Shown one piece after another: positions 1 through 13,400 of a stretch of DNA of 64,000 bases. Source of the DNA: Chrysomallon squamiferum (Eukaryota; Animalia; Mollusca); contig CM022672.1 of assembly GCA_012295275.1 (NCBI GenBank), positions 25,544,001 through 25,608,000 of the forward strand, written 5' to 3'. The position numbers were made by a program, and so were the translations under genes. Below the pieces are notes generated by a model. It was not told the origin of the DNA, did no database searches, and worked only from the letters and a program-made list of their open reading frames with translations. Position 1 is the stretch's first letter. The number at the start of each line of letters is the position of its first letter.

Positions 1-100
1 GAAACTACAGAAAAATATAAAAACAAATGTATTAATAAGAAAAAGCAGGAACATATAATATTAAGACATTTTGATATATATTGCAATCATTATTATCCAG

Positions 101-3100
101 GTGTAGTCTCATTTGACAAAAACAGTGGATTTTGGTTGGTCCACAGCACACCAAAGTTTCCTCCAATGAAGAAATATGGCTATGACTGGCCAGAAAATGC
201 TAAGGAATATGGTCAACAATTTTTATGTGTCAGTTATGACTACAAAATGCTCAACACAATAGGTATGATGACATGTAATTAAGTGTATAATTGGTTTCCA
301 TAAATCAGTTTTATTTTAATTGTTTTCAGACTGTCTGTATGCTTATAACGTTAAATAGAACTTGCTGAAATATCACAAATATATATACAGGTACTGGACC
401 AATTATCTGGTGTCTTGAAATCCTGAAAGTCCAGAAAACTGGAATTTTTCCCCGAAGCTATTTTCATAGTTCACGCGTGCAGGTGTTGTCCTCTCCAGAC
501 CAGAATTACTCTTTCAAGCCACGTGGCATTCAGTCACTCGCCACATTGTTTATGTGTTGAGTGGACACAGTTGTGTAGTGTCAATTTATGTTTTTAATTT
601 TAAAATGTTTATATATAATGGGCTGGTTTTGCAATGTGGTTATTTTGAGTTATGTCCCTTGCTTTGTCGTTAGATGCTGCTGCACAAACTGCTTCCGGGT
701 AGTAAAAACCAGATCGGCTATTGCGAAAAACACATCACAACGAAGCAAACTGTTACCAAAATATACTCTAAATACCCGTGACAAAAGCCTGTTGACACAT
801 CGAGAATTGACCAGAATCTCTCCACTCATCACTGATTGATTGCAGAGCCAGAGGTAAGATTTCATTATGAAACCATTAAATTATTTATTCAACATATTCT
901 GTATGTAAACAAACTCAAACAATTACAAACTAACAAAGGGCTTTGACTCTGCCCAGCTTGTCAGATGTGGTCACCTCGTTTCAGTTCCCTGTGGCACAGG
1001 TATAATATCCAATCCATACTGCCATGTAATATTAGAAAGTTAAATATAACAGTTAAAGGAAGTAAACATTACTATAATACTTTACTTAATTCATCATTCT
1101 TAAAATCAGCATACAATTTAAAATGGTAAAACATTTTTTAATTGTACCTTTTCAGGAATGCCAGACAACTCAGTCCAGAGTCCAGAGACAACTCGGCACA
1201 GGGACAATCTTGTCTGTTGTTGGACAAGTGTTGTTTTATAAATTAAAGTATTCTTACCAAAATAAAACAATGTGTTTTTGTTAATATTGAATTAGTCCCA
1301 CCTCAATCTAAATGTTGTGAAACAAAGTATCATGTCAGATTGATAAATTGCTGATCCATTTATTTTTGAAGATAGTTTCCAGTGTCTGAATAATTTGTTT
1401 TTGTTCTGTAGTAGGTGATCTAAACATTGGAGAAAATCCCAGAAAAAACGGACAAAATTTCTTTATCGTACTTTATTGTCAACATAGCCATCTGACTTCC
1501 AATGAGTAGCTAATGAACAAGAAAATGATATCACCCTATAGACATTGTGCTGTTATTTTACCTGCTATTAAAAAGTAAATCCAATTGTTGAGCAGGATGA
1601 CATTTTCAGCAAGTAATGTATATAATCATCCAATTTATCTGATAACCTTTCACTTTCACAAAAACATGCCGACTTATCCATGTTCTAATGATGTCCGACC
1701 CAGGCAAGACTCATTATGCTGCAACATTTGTTCATGATGGCGACACCTCACCTGTAATACCGGTGAGTATATATTATTATTATTATTGTTATTAAGTGTA
1801 GGATGTCTTGAAATACAGTAATTTTAAATGTATAAGGTTTAGAACTGAAATATCGTAAATATGTTTTATCAGTTAAAAAGATAACTCCGAGTTTTTTCTG
1901 CATATGGTGAATTAGGAGAATTTCCATTATTTGTGAAAAGAAAAGAAATAATAGAAGAGTAAAATATTGTATGTGATAAAAAAATCTTTTGTATACTAAA
2001 TTTACAATATATATAGGCTTTTATATATATATAACTGGAAGTGAGTAATTTGTCCCGATCACTTTGATAATAAAAAGTTTATTATTCCTTTATTATACAG
2101 GTTTTGAAGTCATCTGTATGCATATATAAAGATATTAATATTAATTGATTACAACTTAAGCTATTTTAAGGTATCCAGACCATAATAGACACGCTTTAGC
2201 TTCCTCCCCTTGAAAACATAAATAGCCCATTGATTAAAATTTTGAATAGATAATGAAGAAATGCTTCACTGTTGAAATAATTTAATGATTATATAACTCA
2301 GTTTTTCAGGTGATAATGGCAGATGCTGTAGACTCCTCAGATTTGGATGATGAGCAGACACTTCCATCCCTCAAAGATTTAGGCAAATAGCGAGTTTCTG
2401 ATCTTCAAAAATGAATCTTCAAGTTGAAAAAAGTGGAAACAAGCCTGTTCTCATCAACAGGATATACAGAGGGATGGGACAGTGTGCTGACTGACAGAGA
2501 TGAAGAACCAGCTAGTGAACAGCCAAATAGTGTTCCAATATGTCAAGTAGCTAATCCATGGAAAATTTTAGACTACACTGACATTCCACCACTAGAAATG
2601 AAGGATGTCAACAATTACTTACTTTATGTACCAAAAGAATCCGACAACAGGAACTTGGCTAAGATTTGAGAGACATATGAAGAAGGCAAAACAATTTTGT
2701 AATGAAGGGTTTGTCCACTGTATAAATTACAACAGTATCACAGATGATAACGAACACTGTTATGTAAAGGCAGAATTATTCCTTCCATGAGGTTAGAAAG
2801 GTAGGAAAGTCTGCAAAGTGCAACAACCAGCATGTGTGTCTGTCAAAAACATCAGGTTACATTACCAATGCCTCCTGTAACTGTAAAGCAGAAGAAGCTG
2901 GATTGTGTGCACACATTAGAGCTTTACTGCACACACTGGTGAAAACTAGGGATTCGTGTACATCAAATCAGTGCAAGTGGGACCACCTAAGGCTAATCAC
3001 CAGTAACCAAGCCCAAAGCATGTGTGTGACATCTTATTTACAAAAATGGAGAATGATGAAAACGATGTTAAATTCAAACCTTATACAGGAGCATATAAGG

Positions 3101-5595
3101 CTGGGCTGTGCCAGGACAAAAGCAGCTTGGTCCTGTCAGAACTCCTGGATGGCCTCAAGAATGTATTCCCCGAGTGTGTACTCTACAAGGAATTGCGGAC
3201 AGAGCCCACAGATACCAGTCCATTTATGGCACAGTATGGTCCACCATTTATGTACAGAGATGTGGTAGACATTCAGTCGGACACATGTAAAGCTGTTTTC
3301 AAATCGTATTGCAGTCCTTGCGATTCTGTAAGCTTAGATATCCTCTATACATCCATCATGACCTGACAACCTGTCACGCACTGATATCTGTAAAAATTAA
3401 TGTCAGACTTCATGCCTATATACCTTCATGCTCCCTGAATTGTATAGGTTGCACTTGGACTAAATCAGATGGTTTCGGGTCAAGAGTTTGAGATGGAAAA
3501 TCATAAAGAGTTATTACAACTGCAGCTCTGATTGGTGGTTATAGGTGACAGTGAGGTGAAAAATCATAAAGAGTTATTACAACTGCAGCTCTGATTGGTG
3601 GTTATAGGTGACAGGCTATTAAATTTTGTGCAAAGCAAGCGGTACTACCTGAAAGTGAGGAGTATTCGCGGAATGGGAAGATAACTCTAAATAATTACAT
3701 TGCAGAATTGGCCCATTATTTATGTATTTAGATGCCTTGGTACCAGAAAACAGGAAAATCCAGAAATCCGGAATGTCTCAGGCCCCAAGGAGTCCGGATA
3801 ATTGGTCCGGTACCTGTATATATACTTTCAATTTTAAAAATGACATTCATTATTTTGTTTACATTAATATTAAAAAATCAGAAAATATATATAATGATTC
3901 TTTTTAATTTTTTTTTTTTTTTTGGTCAGGCTTACAGCTCATATACAACCATCCACATTTCTATGATATAAGCAATATAACAGATTACATCAGAGATAAT
4001 CCTAATATAGGTTATGCTGTACAAGGGGTGAAACTCAAAAAACCACCATGGACCAGCAAAGTAGAACTTGTATCGTTAAATGGAACAAAGTTTCTTAGCT
4101 TTGCAAAGGATTCAAAGTTTCATAAAGGTATATATATATATATATATATATGTAAAAATATTTTATATTCCTAATATATATTTGACTATAACATGAAATA
4201 ATATATAAAAGGTTCAGGATCTTACTTTTGAAAATAGCTCTGAAGAACTTTTAAATTCTGTCTTTTATCTATACCCTATGCAATTCCACAATTTCACTGA
4301 CTGTTTTATGTTTTCTTTTAAAGATTTATATGAAGATTTTGTTGCTCCTACTTTGAAAGGCAGTCTTTTTGTTGAGTCCTGGAGGTCAAATGATCCTGAA
4401 GGATTACCAAGTAACTGTTCACAAAAATACAAGGTTCTTTTTCTTTATTAAAAATATAATTTGTACATTATTCTTTCTTTTCTGTTTTTTTAAATATTAT
4501 TTATTCAAATGTTTTACTTAAGCTATCTCTTGGGTGCTACTGTTGGGATCATTCCATTGCTCTGTTTGGTGATTTATCAGACACCATTAATGTGTACTTT
4601 CTTAACTATGAGAAGATGTAAATCATTGTATTGTTTGCCACTAGCCTTGCTTTAGTGGTAGGGATGAAGCTCCCAAGAAATTAGTGTCACTTTGGTATTA
4701 TATGCAGTTATGTGGTTTTGAGGTGGATATTTTTGTCTACAATTATTTATCAACTATAAATACAGTGATACAGTTCACATACTTAATATAATGTAGTAAA
4801 AAATACCATTCATATAATACTCTGTTTTCAGGTTTACAATACTAAACTAATAACACTTCCAAATGGGATACGTTTCAAAGAAACAAAAGATCATGCCAAA
4901 TGGGTTGTATCCCAGAATGCAACATACTGGTTGTGTGTAGGTGATATAAACAGACAGGTAAAACAGAAAAATTGTAATGTTTAATTTACTGTTCACATAA
5001 ACAGAATTAATAGTCTAAATAATAATAAAATTGATAGAGTGATTGATATAGATAAATATATGGATTAGAAATTTAGAAAAAAACATAATTATAAAAACTA
5101 ATTAAATCCATAATCACAAGTTACAGCATTTGCAAAGATTTATTGAATGCTCTGGGCCATAACTATATATGGCTGCCAGAATTGATGTCTAGAAATGGGA
5201 AAACTAGCAGCCTGTGTTAATCACTGCTTTACTGTTAGAAGAAAACTGGTGTTTAGAATTAAATAAACTTATTACTACAAAGTTTACAAAATGTATATTT
5301 TTGAAGCCAAATGTGCATAGAAATTTTTTTTGTATGATGTTAATGGAAATCTAAATTTTTAAATTTCCTAATTATAATTTTTTATTTTATTAATATTATT
5401 ATTATTATTTGTTTTGTTATTATAATACAGAAAAAATAACAGATACTTTTACATAAAACTTTTATTATAATGATATTTTGTTTTTGTTCTTTTCAGTATT
5501 CTCAGTTGAAAAGAGCTGGTGGTACTGTATGTTTTGAAAACAAGAACGCTTGGCAGGCCTTTAATAATTCAGTGGGTGCAATTGCTGAATGTTAA
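101..5595 (+). CDS. DNASE2: Deoxyribonuclease II (acid DNase / plancitoxin-like), copy 1; 5' exons lie upstream of the window
   Basis: Phase-consistent GT-AG exons: 101-262 (GVVSFDKNSGFWLVHSTPKFPP...YGQQFLCVSY), 3930-4127 (GLQLIYNHP...SFAK), 4324-4433 (DLYEDFVAP...VESW...LPSNCS), 4832-4957 (DHAKW...WLCVGDINRQ), 5497-5595 (RAGGTVCF...AEC*). GFWLVHSxPxFPP, DHxKW, CxGDINR and RxGGTVC are DNase II family motifs. Confidence 0.95.
2316..3366 (+). pseudogene. Decayed transposon-type accessory gene with a SAP-like domain and a SWIM zinc finger
   Basis: Reading across stops and frameshifts: MADAVDSSD...LKDLGK*RVSDLQK*...LKKSGNKPVLINRIYRG (SAP-like), then KAKQFCNEGFVH...HCYVKA, then ITNASCNCKAEEAGLCAHIRALL (CxC-xn-CxH SWIM) followed by SCTSNQCKW. 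Split over ORFs 2424-2669, 2605-2790, 2834-3268 and 3022-3366. Confidence 0.75.
3497..3614. repeat. Exact 55-bp direct duplication (period 63)
   Basis: AAAATCATAAAGAGTTATTACAACTGCAGCTCTGATTGGTGGTTATAGGTGACAG occurs at 3497-3551 and 3560-3614. Confidence 0.9.
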
Positions 5596-5609
5596 GAGGA
5601 ATGTGATAA

Positions 5610-6900
5610 TTACACACATACATAATATACAAAAACAAGGGTTTCACAAAATTATATATTATTATTATTATTATTATTTATTTTGTTTACTTTGTTTTTA
5701 TTATTGAGTTATTATTATTATCAGAATCACAATGTGTGTGTGTGTGTGCACGCACATACACAAAATGCAAAAATAAGGGTTTCAGAAAATTGTACATTAC
5801 ATTCCACTGTATGAAAATAATTAACAGTAATGAGTAAATTATTTTTGATGGAGTTTTATTTAGAAGTACATTATATTATGTTGATCTTAAAGGTAAATTT
5901 TGTGTGGAAATTGTATTGTTCCAACAAAATTCCTGAAGCCAACAAGTTTTAAACACTTTTATATTTTATTTTATTTTATTTTTTTTTATATATTTATATA
6001 TGTTGTATTTAATGTTTTGCAACTTATAATTCTCACATTTTAAGTAATTAATGCTGATTATTCTTTTATATAAATTTCACCAAATACAACAAAATGATTT
6101 TTTTTTTGAAAATGGAATGGTTTTCGTGAGTTTCTTGGGGTGGGGGTTTCTTGGATTTTTTTTGGTTTGTTTGTTTGCTTTTTATATTATTATTATTATT
6201 ATTACTATTAATTTATTTATTCATTTATTTTTTTCTTTACTTGTTTGTTTTTATTATACACCTTCAAGTTGAGTTTATCTGAATAACAATAACAATACAT
6301 ATATGTATACTTATACGTATACACACACACACACTATGCAAAAATAAGGTGTTCACAAAATTGTATATTACATTCCACTGTATCAAAATAATTAACAGCA
6401 TATTATTATTTAATATATCGTCTAATATTTAAAATATATATACACTGTTTTATTTAGAAGTACAATATATTATGTTGAACTTAAAGAAGATTGTGTGGAA
6501 ATTTTATAGATCCACTGAAATTTCTGAAGCCAACATGTTTGAAATATATTTATATTTTTTTAAATTTTTATATAAGCTGTATTTAATGTTTTGCCCATTA
6601 TAACTCATAATTTAAGTAGTTAATGCTGATAATTTTTTCACATATAATTCACGAAATACAACGAAATGATTTTTTTTTTTTTTTTTTTTTTTTAAATGCA
6701 ATGTTCTTTTGGTTTTTTGTGTTTTCCGTTTTTTATATTGTTTGTTTTTAAGTATATATTTATTATTTGTTTATTTAAATTTCTTAATTGTTATTCTGTT
6801 TTATTTTTTACATATTTTATTTTCTTTGTTTTTCATTGTAGTTTTCTTTTTTCTTTTTTTTTATATAGTACATCTTCAAGTTGAGTTTATCAGAATAACA
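5610..6900. repeat. Imperfect local tandem duplication (two copies of about 550-600 bp plus a short partial copy) 3' of DNase II copy 1
   Basis: Shared anchors: ATGCAAAAATAAGG...CATTCCACTGTAT.AAAATAATTAACAG (~5765 and ~6336), TTTATTTAGAAGTACA, CTGAAGCCAACA, and CTTCAAGTTGAGTTTATC.GAATAACA (~6262 and ~6875). A partial copy lies at ~5612-5730. Confidence 0.8.
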
Positions 6901-7329
6901 CACAAACAAAACAAAAAAAAGAAAAAAAAAAGTAATCCAACTTTAATGAATTTCATGAGTGTATAATTCGTAGCTGTTTGTAAAACAGTATTTATATTTT
7001 GTAACGTGAAGAACAGACATATTTAATATAGTATTTCATATTTTTTTAAATATTTATTTGTTGTGTCTTCTACTGGAGTAAAACGAGAAAAGATATTATC
7101 TAACTTACACTGTTGTGTGTGACCGGGGACGATCTATAGCGGACACTTAAATTATGAACAACAGCTGCGTTAGTTTATCAAGCTAAACCTTGCCATGAGA
7201 TAATGTGTATATTAAATTGTTTATGAACTACTGGTCATACTAGTAAAAGTTCAATGTTGCAGAATAATAATATTACTTTGGTAATATAATGTTAAAATGG
7301 AATAAATAACTGCTCCCTATTTGTCTACA

Positions 7330-7384
7330 ACCGGAAGACTTGGAATCACCGGGAAAAGGATTATGTAACAATAATAATCACGTG
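7330..7384 (+). promoter_or_regulatory. Candidate proximal promoter of DNase II copy 2 (ETS-like ACCGGAAG; E-box/CLEAR-like TCACGTG)
   Basis: ACCGGAAG at 7330-7337 and TCACGTG at 7378-7384, within about 90 bp of the ATG at 7420. Motif match only. Confidence 0.35.
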
Positions 7385-7419
7385 CTCAATATGATAACGA
7401 AATCTGTGTGTTGTCGAAT

Positions 7420-10400
7420 ATGTCATCATTGATTCAATCAGTATTATCTATTATTTCTGTTATTCATTTATCCTCATTGTCTTTGGCACTCCAGTGTAAT
7501 GATTTGGACGGAAAACCAGTTGACTGGTAAGCAATAATTTTATCAAATTTATGCATGATAAATGCTGCAGCAAGGGTTATTTATACAGTCACTGTCAGTG
7601 AGTCAGTCACACTTACTACTTAGTGACTTAGGAGTTTGGTTCGTTCTGTGACCGAGCTCGTATTTCAGTTTGCTCGTATATCAAATTAATTTTCCCAACT
7701 GAAATTAATTGAAATACCATTAATCCAGCACCCCAAAGGCCACACTGTTTTTTTTTTTTTTTTTTTTGTAATATGTTTTTAAATAAGAAAAATGTATTTA
7801 TAAATGACTAATATTGTGTAATAAAAGAATAAAAGTGAATGTAAAAAAATAAATTGGTTTTGTAAAGTCTATTTATCTTGGAGATCAGACAAATTATTTT
7901 AACGCCTTAGGTATGGTACATGTAGAAATATTACGCTCATACTGCCTAGCCAAGTCTGCACATGCACACCTCGCTCACGTTTTTCTAGGAATTCAAGCTT
8001 TAATTCAGTGGACATCTGCCTCTTCTCAGCACTGTCCTTACACTCACTTCCTTAGGATCAATCATCAATTGGCAGAAAAAAGAAATTTGGCAAAATACTG
8101 CACAAAGTGCAAGCACAACACAACAGATATCCTTCCATGGTGAGGTAACCATTTGAAGTAAACAAGTGAGATGCTGGATGCTGGCCATATGTTATGTTGT
8201 TTGTTGCACCAACTAATGTATCTGAAGCTCGCTCACAACTGAAAGCAAAAAATCGATCAGGGGAATGCTCGTAACTCGAAAAAGTTGGGACACTCATAAG
8301 TTGAGGTACCACTGTAATGATAATTTGATATACTGGCGTACCACGATATCATGAGCAAGGAGTATACTTAATGTTAAAAGTTAACCTTAAAATAAAGTTA
8401 AACTTGTTAAGATGAATGGAATCGTTTGTTTCAATATATGATTATTACGATATAGGCACAGTCATGACTTACGACGTAATTTATTCTTAATATTTTTCAA
8501 GTAAATAATGTAGTAACAATGATGTTCACGCAAAAAAGTAAAAGATGATGGTTGACAAGTTATTTATATTTCATTTTGAAATGGAAGATAGAGAATTTGT
8601 GCATATATTTACTTCAACTTATAAAATTGTTATCTAGCATAAATAAAGCTTTACATTTAGTTTAGTTGCATAAGTGACCGTAATTTATTTTTAAAAGCAT
8701 AGTAGTAAGATGATGATGTCCACACAAAATAAATAAATAAAAGTCGATGGTTGACTATAGCCTATCCTCGATAATGTGCTTATTGTTGCATTTTATTTAT
8801 AATTTAAACTGAAAAAATATAAACAACTGAAAAAAAACATTTTTCTTATTTCTTTATTATCATTTTCTTAATTTAATTTAATTTTAATTTTAATTAAATT
8901 TTTATTTTTTATTATTTTTTTTTATTATTATTTTTAAAAATATTTACAGTATTTTCTGTGCTGGTTTTAGCTATATTTTCTTTCAGGTTTATGGTGTATA
9001 AACTGCCAAAACTCCCAGCCAATTCATCAAGTTCTATTCTGAAAGATGGACTTGGCCATTTTTACATGGATATCAACAATCCACAATGGAAATTGTCCAA
9101 AATTTCCATGAGAGATCACAAGCATGCACTCTTCTATACCCTCAACCAGATCTATAAGTCAAAACTAGTAGGTTTAATGAGCATGAAACTTTACATAATA
9201 AACAGTTTCTTCTCCATTTTTTTTCATTATGATATATTAGATATTTACTTCATAATCAAACACTTCAAACTAATTTGATAAATAAATAAATAAATACAAG
9301 AACAAGGTGATTTTTTAATATTTTTATACTGTGCATGGGTGTTCTTATGATTTGGTCTATTTAATTTTTAGCTTTTAATTTTTAAATTTTTAATGTTTAT
9401 TTTTTTTTTATTATTATTAATGGCTATATTTAATTCAATAAAATACTTCTTTTGTTGTCTGAAAACAGTTAATTACTTACTGGAGTTATTTGTTCCACTT
9501 GTTGAAAAATAATTGACAAGAATAATTTTATATCCCTCCACCAAATAATATTTTACAAAATATTAAAATTCATTTCTTTTTCTGTTGTTTAAAGATCGTT
9601 TATTTTTAGTTCACCCATCTGTGTGTATGTGCCTATATATATATATCTTTTTCAAGTCTGATGATATTCTTTATCTGATGTATAATGATCAAGTTCCTAG
9701 AGGAAAAGAGTACTTGAACCATGGGCATACAAAAGGTGAATAAATTCATTTTGATTAAAAAATTATGATATTTTATGAATTTAACATACAAAGAAATTTA
9801 TTGGTAACGGATATTGTACATTTAATATTTCTTTATTAGCAGTTGACATCCTTATTGTTTATCATTAACATCTGCTTTTTAAAGTTTTTGATTCAGTCTG
9901 ATATTCCTAATGAAGTTTGAATTATCATTATTATTAATGACAGGTTGTAATAATAACATACAAAGAGAGATGAGAAATAGTGACTGTTTGCTAATAAACT
10001 TTTCAGTTTTAAACTTTTTTTTCAGTAGACTATTTTCTTTATTTCTTTATGCATGTCATTTTCTGTTTATACAATTTTTTAAATTTTTTTTTTTTATATT
10101 TTAATCTTAATTTTAATTTGTTTTGTTTTGTCTTTTTTTTTTTTTTTTTTTTTTTTTTATTATTATTATTATTTTGTTTTGTTGTTGTTTTATTATTATT
10201 ATTATTTCAGTTTTTTTTTTTTTCTAGGTGTAGTTGCATTTGACAAAAACAGTGGATTTTGGTTGGTCCATAGCACCCCAAGGTTTCCTCCAGTGAAAGA
10301 TGATGGCTATGAGTGGCCAAAAAGTGCTGATGAATATGGTCAACATTTTCTGTGTGTCAGTTATAGCTATAAAATGCTTAACATAATAGGTAATTTTATG

Positions 10401-13400
10401 CTGTGTTGATTTTAGCACATTTCAATCATAATTATTACTCAACAGAAAAATAATCTTTTATTTCCCTTGGGTTTTAAATATGAATTGACGTTGTTTCTGA
10501 TTCATTATTTTTAATGTAGTCAAATAATTAATTATTTTACTTGCTTTATAATTGCTATATAAATAACTATTTATGTTGATCATGTCGAAAACAATGGACA
10601 TTCAATATGATGCCCTTTTTTTTGTTTGGTTCATGTTTTACCTAGATGCACATACTGTTTCTATTTTTAAGTTTTCAATACAAAACTATGAATATATGAA
10701 TGTGACACAACATAAAATGTTCTTCACAGAAATGCTTCATCATTAACTTTCAGTATGATTCTGTAACCGTAATAGATTAGTTTTAAAATATGTTTGAATA
10801 ATAATAATAAACACCATTTTCAATTAGACCTTTTTCCCCCAAGGTTTACAGCTGTTGTATAATTACCCAAGCTTCTATGACACAAATTACACTCAGCACT
10901 ACATGGACAATAATCCTAACCTACATGATGCTTTAAAAGGAACTCGCATTCAAAAACCACCGTGGACAAGCAAAGTTGAACTGGAATCATCAAAAGGAAC
11001 AAAATTTGTCAGCTTTGCTAAAATGACATTTTTCCATAAAGGTAAAAATAAGTTATTAATTTATATAAGCTTTGTTGTGGGCTCATCATTGTTTGAAACA
11101 GTAACATTTTAGTAAATTGTACAGCTTGATACATGTTGATTCTGCTCTTATCATGTGTATCAGTGGCCATTTATATATATATACTTTTTTATGTTAAATG
11201 AGATTATTTTAGACATTTCATTATGCTGAACAAAAGTTCTGGTAAAATTTAGACTTCTAATATATATATATTTGTTTATTTTTTTTATTTTAAAGATTTA
11301 TATGAAGATTTTGTTGCTCCTACTTTGAAAGGTGATCTTTTTGTTGAGTCCTGGAGGTCAAATGATCCTGAAGGATTACCAAGTAACTGTTCACAAAAAT
11401 ACAAGGTTACTAACTTAATTAAATAAACTTAAAATCAGATTAATTAGTCTTCAAATTTCAAGAAACAATAATCTTTTATTTTTTTACTTTTTTTTTAAAT
11501 GTGAGTTAGTTATTTTGCTATAATTATTTTATTTAAATAATTAAAAAATACATGTTAAAAAACAAAATTATTCCAGTCATTTTTCAATCTTATTTTAAAA
11601 AATACTTTAAATGTTTAAAATTTTGTTTTACATTGTATATTTTGCATATTATAAAATAATTAAAATTTAAAAATGACTCAATTTAAACCTTTGCATTCAT
11701 TTATATAATTCTTTGTTCAGGTTTTCAATTCTGATTCAGTGAAACTTCCCAATGGTATACATTTTGATGAAACGAAAGACCATTCAAAATGGGTTGTGTC
11801 CCAGAATGCAACATACTGGGTGTGCATTGGTGACATAAACAGACAGGTACATTTTTCTTATTTTTAAAAAATTACAATTGTCTGTATAAATAAGTACTTC
11901 TAATTTAGTACATAGTGGACACAGTCAAAACTGGATATGACTTTTGGGAAGGAGTGTTAATTTATAAAGATTAAAATGACATAAAATTGCAATATGTTTT
12001 TTTATAAATGTTATAGTTAAATGTCAACTGAGAAATAGTCTGTCACTGATGACTGTGGATTTTGGAGTTGTTTTGTTTCTTCATATTTTTCTAGAGAGAG
12101 AAGTGACTTCTCCCAATTTTCTAGCCTAGCATAAACCCTGCATAGCTAAATCTTTCTGTCAGTTTTTCTTTAGAAAGTTTGATATGTGGTGTTTTTTAGG
12201 TAGTTCTGTCATTATGACTAATTCAGTAAGACAATGCAAAATGTGTGCCTTATATATTTATGCAAACTTCTGCTTCAGACGCTCAATCTACATGAGTGAA
12301 TTCAGTTAGGTATCAACATACATTAATAAGTTTTTTCATTCAGTTGCACAGAGTAATTACAAGAAGTATGATATCATTATTTATTAAGCCTTCAAAGACA
12401 TGCCATCATTTCTAATGTAACCTAATTATGTACAAATTGCCACTTTTGTTTAAGAAGAGATCATACTTGCAAGTTTGTGTGCTGATGATGACAAAACTAA
12501 TTACTACATGTAACATGGGGAGGGGGGAGTTGAGAAGGCATGGCTTATCTTTCTCAGACCCACAGGTTGCTATAACATATATATATATACCACTAGCCAA
12601 GGAATAACAAACAAGACCGGGGTTACCAATTCAAGGGCTGTAATATTAGTTAATTCCGGTATATGTTTACCACATGGTAACTCTGGCAACTCCAAGGACA
12701 ACTAACCAGGTTCATTAAACAAATCACAATTTTACAACAAAACTAAACACATCAAACCATTGTGTGTGATATCATGCTTATCTGTTTCTGGCACTTGTCA
12801 CCTGCCATACCAATATAATACCAGTGTATTCCTACCAATGAATTCCCAGTTGGTCTAATACCCTACTACTCTGTAATATTTTCTACCACATGGTTTAATT
12901 TACAATTACAAATAAATATAAAACATATGCACTATTGTAAATAATGTTGTCAGCAACACTTTCCCCACTGGACCAGTGTCTCCACCTGAACAGAAGTAAT
13001 ATGTATCAGCTGTGTTTACTTTTAAATATATTCTCATGTGAAAAGTAATACAAACCCCATTAAATTATTACAAATTGTAACCACTGTTACTTAAAGTTAT
13101 GCCAAGACATATAATAAATTGTGTGCAAGCATATTCAAAATAAATGAAAGTCCATAAATAAAATAAAAATTTTGTCTCATTTTTATATATAATATCTAAA
13201 TTATTCCTCTTTAATAGACATATTAAAATGAAAGTAATACCTCTGAATTCATTACTGGTCTGTAATACATATGTGAAACCAAATATAAAGATTATTTTTA
13301 AGGTCATACAGTGTCCCAGGCCAGAGTGCTAACAAAAGCTCCCAATAGGAGGCAGTCATCTTGACCTATCTTGCTAGCACTTACTCCCCACTAATTACTT

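Larger units (their letters stand above)
388..3816. mobile_element. Non-autonomous pogo/Tigger-like (Tc1/mariner superfamily) TIR element, about 3.4 kb, in an intron of DNase II copy 1
   Basis: Left end CAGGTACTGGACCAATTATCTGG (388-410). Reverse complement of the right end is CAGGTACCGGACCAATTATCCGG (3794-3816). The 23-bp TIRs differ at 2 CpG-type positions, and TA flanks both sides (386-387, 3817-3818). The subterminal AAATCC(A/G)GAA repeats resemble Tigger4/MER46-type ends as I recall them. Confidence 0.8.

Noticed and set aside
588-865. ORFs 588-839 (+) and 650-865 (-) as a transposase fragment
   Set aside because: They lie inside the TIR element and may be decayed coding DNA, but I could not recognise a diagnostic motif.
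7913-8312. Overlapping short ORFs in DNase II copy 2 intron 1
   Set aside because: They are internal to a MITE remnant and have no recognisable domain.
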